64,000 nt of DNA from Piedraia hortae CBS 480.64 (Eukaryota). A program made the translations under genes and the position numbers. A model generated the notes under the pieces. It worked only from the letters and a program-made list of their open reading frames with translations. It made no database searches and was not told the DNA's origin. Within the stretch, counting starts at the first letter, position 1, and every line of letters starts with the position of its first letter. Positions 58,348 to 64,000 of the stretch are shown in pieces. The stretch spans positions 124,001-188,000 of the forward strand of contig MU005969.1 of assembly GCA_010093745.1 (NCBI GenBank), written 5' to 3'.

Positions 58348-59780
58348 ATGCCATCACCATGGGAGCCCCTTTCACCAGAGAAAGAGTCTGTTTTGGAAAA
58401 GGCATATTTGCTTATGCGACGTGGCAACAAGACTAGATGGACTATTTCTACGTCCTGGTACGCAAGCTCATCGAGCTCGGACACCTTTGAGCTCTTCTAT
58501 CAATTAGTTCGCTTGCCGATTTCACTTGTGAGCTCGAACTCGCCACTAGTCGACGTGCCCGTGAATTTTAAGTCCGCCGAAGCCCTGAAGCATATAGGAA
58601 TGTCTACCATTGGCGCAGCGCTTGTCTGGGGAAGCTTTACAAGTCGCGGCGATGACCACCCACACTCGATCTTCGATTTCGCTGTCGCGAATTCCAAGTA
58701 CCTGCTGGATAAGCCCTTCGTCTCGATGACCCCAGCCAGGGAATGCGGAAGGTTGGCCTGAGTGAGGCGTTCATCAGCGGTATCATGACGCCCCAGTACG
58801 AAGACATCAGAGGAAAGCAGCCCATCCAATACTGGGTGGATGACACGCTTCGGGGGAACTTCAAATGTTTCCTAGACCTGATCGCGTGTTTGAGAGCGCA
58901 TTTTGAAACTCTGTCTGGGAAATGAGGGGGAGGAGGCATGCCCATTGGCGGAAACGGGCAAAGCGAGGAGAAGAGTAGACAAATTGGGAAGAAGAAAGTA
59001 GAAAGTTGGGGTGACAGGAAGTTTGAGCGGGCCAAAGCGCTAGAGGAGATTCTGCAATGAAAACTCTCACGCCGGAAGAGGAATTCATATCGGAGGAAAG
59101 GCCGACGAAGTGCCCCAGATCCCACCACCCTAGTCTGGCCGTTTGAATGGTCGTGAAAGAGCCCCCAAGATGCCACCCCGGCCACACCATCTTGTACATG
59201 GGCATGCGAGCCATCAAGGGCGACGCTTCCAGAAGGCGCCTCTTCGACCCGTCTGATTGTCTCAAGGCGGAGCTCTTGACGTCCCGACCCGGGGGCGATC
59301 TTAACTCGGACCTAAGCGCGATATACACGACGCCGGAATACGATGTTTCCGAGCGTATCGGGGCTACGTAGCCGCACGCTCACAAGAGGCCGAAACCTGG
59401 ATCCTTTGCATGCAGGTCTCCACGAACTGATTGGGTCGGTCTCCAAGCACGAAGTTTGGTTCGGCGAGGGCCTCTGTGTATCATATGTTCACCATTGCCG
59501 CCACAACAAACTCCTACGCGATCACCTGGAGCATCTAGAAAGGCCCGATCTCTTAGTAGGCCATATAATGACAGGATGCACAAACAAGGTGCTGGCATCG
59601 CCGGACCTTGTCACCACTCAGCACCTGCTTCCAGAGATGATCGGCTCCGACTGGGCCTCTCAATGGGTTTGATTGAGTTCGCAGGTAAAGAAGAAATTTG
59701 GGGTAAATGTAGGCCATAAAGTGCACGTGCCCGTAAGCCCCGCCATCCGCACAGGGAAGTCGTACGTGCCTAGGTCGAAT
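58348..59780 (+). pseudogene. Frameshifted gene with a DUF3990/ART-like C-terminal domain
   Basis: Collinear fragments 58348-58761, 58743-58925, 59147-59371 and 59343-59672, with motifs 'PGHTILYMG', 'SRPGGDLN....IYTTPE', 'YVHHCR', 'DLLVGHI', 'SQWV'. Confidence 0.6.
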
Positions 59781-61899
59781 TCCCAAATTTTGGTTTTGCT
59801 GTAGGCACAGAATCAAGTGTGGTTAGTTGTGGCAATGATGTCACTTCAGAATTCCACGTCGTCGCTTGGAATTCCCTGTCAGCTTGATGCCGGCGATCAT
59901 TTCAAGTCGGCATGATGTTGAGAATAGATACCATGTCTAACTCAGGTTCGTGATGGCTGGAACACTCTGTTGTCCTCCAGGAGCTGTTAGCCACTCAGAA
60001 GCCGAAAGCAGTACTAGTTAAAGGGGACGAGCTGATAGTGAGTACACTAAGACATAAATAATTGTATTGTCATGTATACTGTATACATGAAAGGACGTTG
60101 TTCATGATTCCATCAACTGTACTCCCGTAAGCTGCAAAACCGCGCACGCATTCAGTGGTTAAAATGAACTGCATAATGGCCTTGGTCGCATGTCGGCAGC
60201 GCTACACAATTCATCTCCATATGTAACGGCCTGCCCAAGGTAGATAGGGCACCAAAATTCCCAGGAATTTTGCCTCATGAGGATTGTTTCCTTTCGGGAT
60301 GCGGTTCGGGTCATGCCGGAAACTGGGGCAGTCTTGGCACACTAGCCTGCCCCTCACTAACCGCGCATCGCACACGAATATTAAAACGATTAAAGTTATT
60401 CCATGTGGCGGATTTCAAAGCCCAGTCTGCACTTTTCCAGCTTTTCCAACGGTTGAAATCTGCCGAGGATGTCGAATGACATCCTAAGTGGATCGGGCTA
60501 GAGCAAACAATCCCCCAAACATTGCGACAAAAGAAGACAAAAGAGGCAGCGGACAGCCCAAGCGGCCGCTCCCGCACAGGAATCAAATACTACGTACAAA
60601 AAAACAAAGGAAGACAATTCTTCCTGAAAAGACGGTCATGCGAACCGCTCGTTATGACACGGGAACAGCGAGATTTGAGGAGCCTGAACGCCGTGGCGGC
60701 CGCACCACCTGACGGATCAAACTGAGCTACAATGAGCTGACATGGGGAGGTCAGTGGACCCGCCTCGCAGGTCTTTGCAGCAACGAATACCATGCACATT
60801 AGCAGATGGCCAACCTCATGGAGAAATGCACGAAGTGCATTGGTCTGAGCAATGTGCACGATTGGATATCAGTGGCAGCGTCTGGGTACAACTTCATCCT
60901 GAAACGCCAGGAAACATCAGGGTGATTTGCCATTCGTTATTCAGCATCGATGATGAGGCCTACAATGTACCGGCTCGCTTCATAAGCTTCTCCATGGAGG
61001 ACGAGGAATATCACCGCACTTTGATGCAGAACCTCATTGCAGCTTTGCTCATGATTATCAACCTCACGCCGTCAACGGCGACAACCACGGCCAGCAGCCC
61101 GCCCAGGTTTTTTATTTGGCGTGGTATTGCGATCGTCTTTCGGGAGCGCTGCGATGAATGCTAACCCCTCCTACGTTGGCTCCCGCCGTTACAATTTCTC
61201 GCCGCTGCCTCGCAGAAGACGATTAAAGACGGGCCCTCGATTGTGGTCTTGGGGGCACGCATCGGGGCTGGTCTTTCTCTGCCTCTTGAACGAGAGATCG
61301 CGCCTCCGGTGCGCGATAAATATCCTGGCTCCCTTCAGTGCAATAGTGACATTTAATCTGCCTAGGGGAAAAGGCCCGTGGAGATCACTACCACTTTCGA
61401 CTTCGTAAAAGGCAGATTACCTGCGTGGCGGATTGCACTTGCGAACAACTGTGGAGCCCTTGCAGCAGCCCCAGCTCGCCAACTTAGATGGTAGTTTCAT
61501 GGTCTGGAATTCAGAATCACCACGCTGACTGGCCCATAAAAATCACCTCATTTCACCACGACGATACCTGACTGCGGTCCGTGCACTGGAAAATGGTGGT
61601 CCCCATTTTCATGCAAATACGCGTAGGTAAACCGTTAAAGCTCAAGCGCTTGTTGGCGGCAGCATTGAAAAACTGTGTGCAAGTAGCCGTGGCTCTCGAC
61701 CAGATCATACTGGATGCTACTCCTGGCGAGGAGCTCAACTTCCTAACAGGCCTGACTGTGAATATCGTTGCGGTGTCCACCAACTGCATCGTGGGTTCTC
61801 CGAAGCCAACGAACTCAGCAGGGCAGCAGCAGCCCGGGAAAGACGAAAACACCTCATCAGACCTGGGCGTCAAAGGCCAAGGTCAACGCGCCGGTGATG

Positions 61900-63280
61900 C
61901 GCCAGGGAGCTGTTCATGATGGCAGTAAGCCGACGATTTGGACAAACCGCACCCCACCGCGTCAGGCGGACCTGCGGGCTCTGACCATGGAGTGCGTTGG
62001 GATTGCGGCAGTGGCACAAGGCCGAAGTTGAACGCCGAAAAAAGCTTGCAAAGCAATAGGAGGTTACGTTCAAGAGCACCAGTGATGACAAGGCCAAAGC
62101 AAAGATGTTACTGGCCACTTTGAAGCACGATGCGTTGAGGCTGTACACAATAGTGTTTGTCGTGCAACAAGCGAAGTCCTCGACACAGTACCAGCCCAGA
62201 GAGGCGTTTACACGAATGACAGGCGCATGCCTGATGTATTGAGGAAGCAGCGCAACTCCTCCGCTCGGCAACGAAGGACCATGAGCTACATGCATAGGTG
62301 GAGGCTCAAGTCTCTCATAATACCTTTGCAACATCCAAAGGCAAGGAAGTGAAGTCTCCTCAAGCGTAGACTAAAAAGAAAAGAGAGTGCATCTGTGGTA
62401 AGATGCCCCTATGGCAGTCCTTCTCGTATTTAGATAAGCTTCTCCACCCAGCAGGGCCCTCGGGCCTTGATGCTGTCATCGTTAGTCTTGTGCGAGAAAA
62501 GTACCAAACAATGCCACAGGATAGGGTGGAAGGTGTCAAGAATAAGATGCGAGACAAACCTAGTCTAAGTGGACCCACGGTGGAGCGAGATGCGGAAAAA
62601 CCTCAAACGTTCGTCGTGCTCTCAAGAGACTCTGGCCCGCTCATAAGTGACGAAGAGTTCGAAGCGAGTGTGATCCTCGATCAGGGGGCAGAAGTAAATA
62701 TTGCTAACAGTATGAATCGCTTTGTTGGTACCCTTGAACCCGTCGATGAAGGTTCGATCATGATTTCGGAAAACCAGGGCGTTCTCGGTATCGGGTCCTC
62801 AAAGATCAATCTAACTGTATCGAATGAGCAGTCGCTCGAAATAGCTTTACAAAACACGTTGTATGTTCCAGACATGCCAACGGACATCGTGTCGAAGCAC
62901 TGCCTTGAGGTGAGGAACGTGTGGGAAGATCCAAACCAGCGTATTCTAAATTTGCAAAGAGGAGATATCCGCAAAAACATTCTTCAAGGTCAAGCTCACC
63001 TTGTTAACAGTAGCGAACCTAGCGGGTTGTTGGCAATTTCTGACAACAGCAACACCGGTGAAGCCTCAAACTGACTGGCACACCAGAATGGGCCACATAG
63101 GACGCGAAGCTCTTGCCCAGCTACAGGCATCGTAACAGGATGTTAAATTTGTCAAGCAAGCCCACAACGGACTGGGTGCAATCCATGTGTCGAATCAAAG
63201 ATGCACAAAATCGTCCGCAGAGATTCCAAGAGCCATGTACCAGGGGCCTTTGCTGTTACGGTATTCAGAGGAAAAGGTTC
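61900..63280 (+). mobile_element. Truncated Ty1/Copia LTR retrotransposon relic (gag end, protease, GAG-pre-integrase)
   Basis: Decayed Zn knuckle 'ECICGK..WQSFSYL', protease 'VILDQGAEVNIAN...RF', 'LQNTLYVPDMPTDIVS', then shifted 'WHTRMGHIG' (~63075) and 'CNPCVESKMH'. Integrase core, RT and LTRs not seen; left boundary approximate. Confidence 0.88.
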
Positions 63281-63683
63281 AATAAGTCCCAAAAACGAGG
63301 ACAATCCAAACTGCTATCTACTGGGAAGCTGGGATACTATAAACCAATCCAAACAAGTTCAAACATTTATAGGAAACAACTTGAACATTTTTCGATCACC
63401 CTCGCATGTTACCTCCATTGAGCAACCCAAACCGTCACGCTACATTCTCATCCAATCCCACAGTCCATACAAACTCGATCCCAGTGCAGTAAGTCTTCAA
63501 CCTGCTTCGAATTCTCAGTCGGCGCCATTAAGATATTCCCTTTCCTGCGTTTGCAGGCACGCAACACACCACAGCGATAGTAGTCTAGACCGAGTCAACA
63601 CATCTCCGTTCTAGTATTACAAGGTACAGAGAAATCAAATGGGTATCCCACCCAATTACACCCAACACCTATAATACAGCCTC

Positions 63684-64000
63684 TTAAACCTCATGCCTCT
63701 CAACAAGTTCATACCCCTGCCCTCTTCTCCACAATCCCGAAGATCTCTTCTTCTTCCTCCCGTCCGAACCAGCAAAACGCCTATATAGCGAGTACACACA
63801 CGCGCAGACGCAGGAAAATGCCACAAACCCCAGAATCGTAACAAGAAGCCAATGCCTCCCCAACTTATCATCAATTAGCACCAACTTAACCCTCGGAATG
63901 GGAATACTCACCCAAAAAATCACACCCACATCCCAAGAATGCCACGAATCACCTTTACTCCCCCAAAACCAACTCCACGTCTGGCCCGTATACTCGGTTG
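63684..64000 (-). CDS. SUR1: 3' end of a GT32 mannosyl-inositolphosphorylceramide synthase (Sur1/Csg1-like); intron 63864-63911
   Basis: 'EY....WSWF...KGDSWHSWDV.VIFW|LGRHWLLVTILGF', TM helix, C-terminal 'GYELVERHEV*'; gene continues beyond the window. Confidence 0.75.
   Translation of the reverse strand, partial: TEYTGQTWSWFWGSKGDSWHSWDVGVIFWVSIPIPRVKLVLIDDKLGRHWLLVTILGFVAFSCVCACVYSLYRRFAGSDGRKKKRSSGLWRRGQGYELVERHEV

Noticed and set aside
60270..61900. Several 60-140 aa ORFs
   Set aside because: No recognisable motifs or consistent splice structure; probably degraded repeat or intergenic DNA.
1..64000. CRISPR arrays, rRNA, tRNA, telomeric repeats
   Set aside because: None seen; the sequence is eukaryotic and has no repeat-spacer array or (TTAGGG)n tract.

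Overview
Eukaryotic DNA from a filamentous ascomycete with a compact genome. The evidence is short (mostly 40-75 nt) GT-AG introns with CTRAC branch sites, tiny intergenic spaces and Dothideomycete-like proteins (the taxon is an inference). Two dense blocks of housekeeping genes lie at ~4.1-25 kb (BRX1, Cdc34-type E2, Rup1-like, DUF89 phosphatase, MARVEL-like, SEC72, ARG7, aminopeptidase P, MFS, GH43, multi-pass membrane protein, COQ8, forkhead TF) and ~34.4-46.3 kb (SDR, MMM1, WHIM1/Ioc3-like, RPL2, BAR, TRS33, GPI19, NTA1). Accessory regions alternate with them: decayed Tc1/mariner and PIF/Harbinger transposases (0-3 kb); a probable telomere-linked-helicase (TLH/RecQ) relic joined to a tightly packed, intronless island of unrecognised genes that may be an endogenous viral element (25.6-30.3 kb); a divergent Pho80/Pcl-type cyclin with a paralogous fragment across an assembly gap; and, from 47 to 63.3 kb, a second TLH-like relic, local duplications, an ORP1-like gene with 57-bp repeats, a pseudogene with DUF3990/ADP-ribosyltransferase-like motifs and a Copia relic. 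The window ends in the 3' end of a SUR1-like GT32 gene. Most notable observations: the foreign-looking island, the GPI19/NTA1 divergent start codons only 7 nt apart, and a recurring C-rich 5' half / G-rich 3' half switch within a subset of genes. All family calls come from motif recognition by eye; no searches were run.
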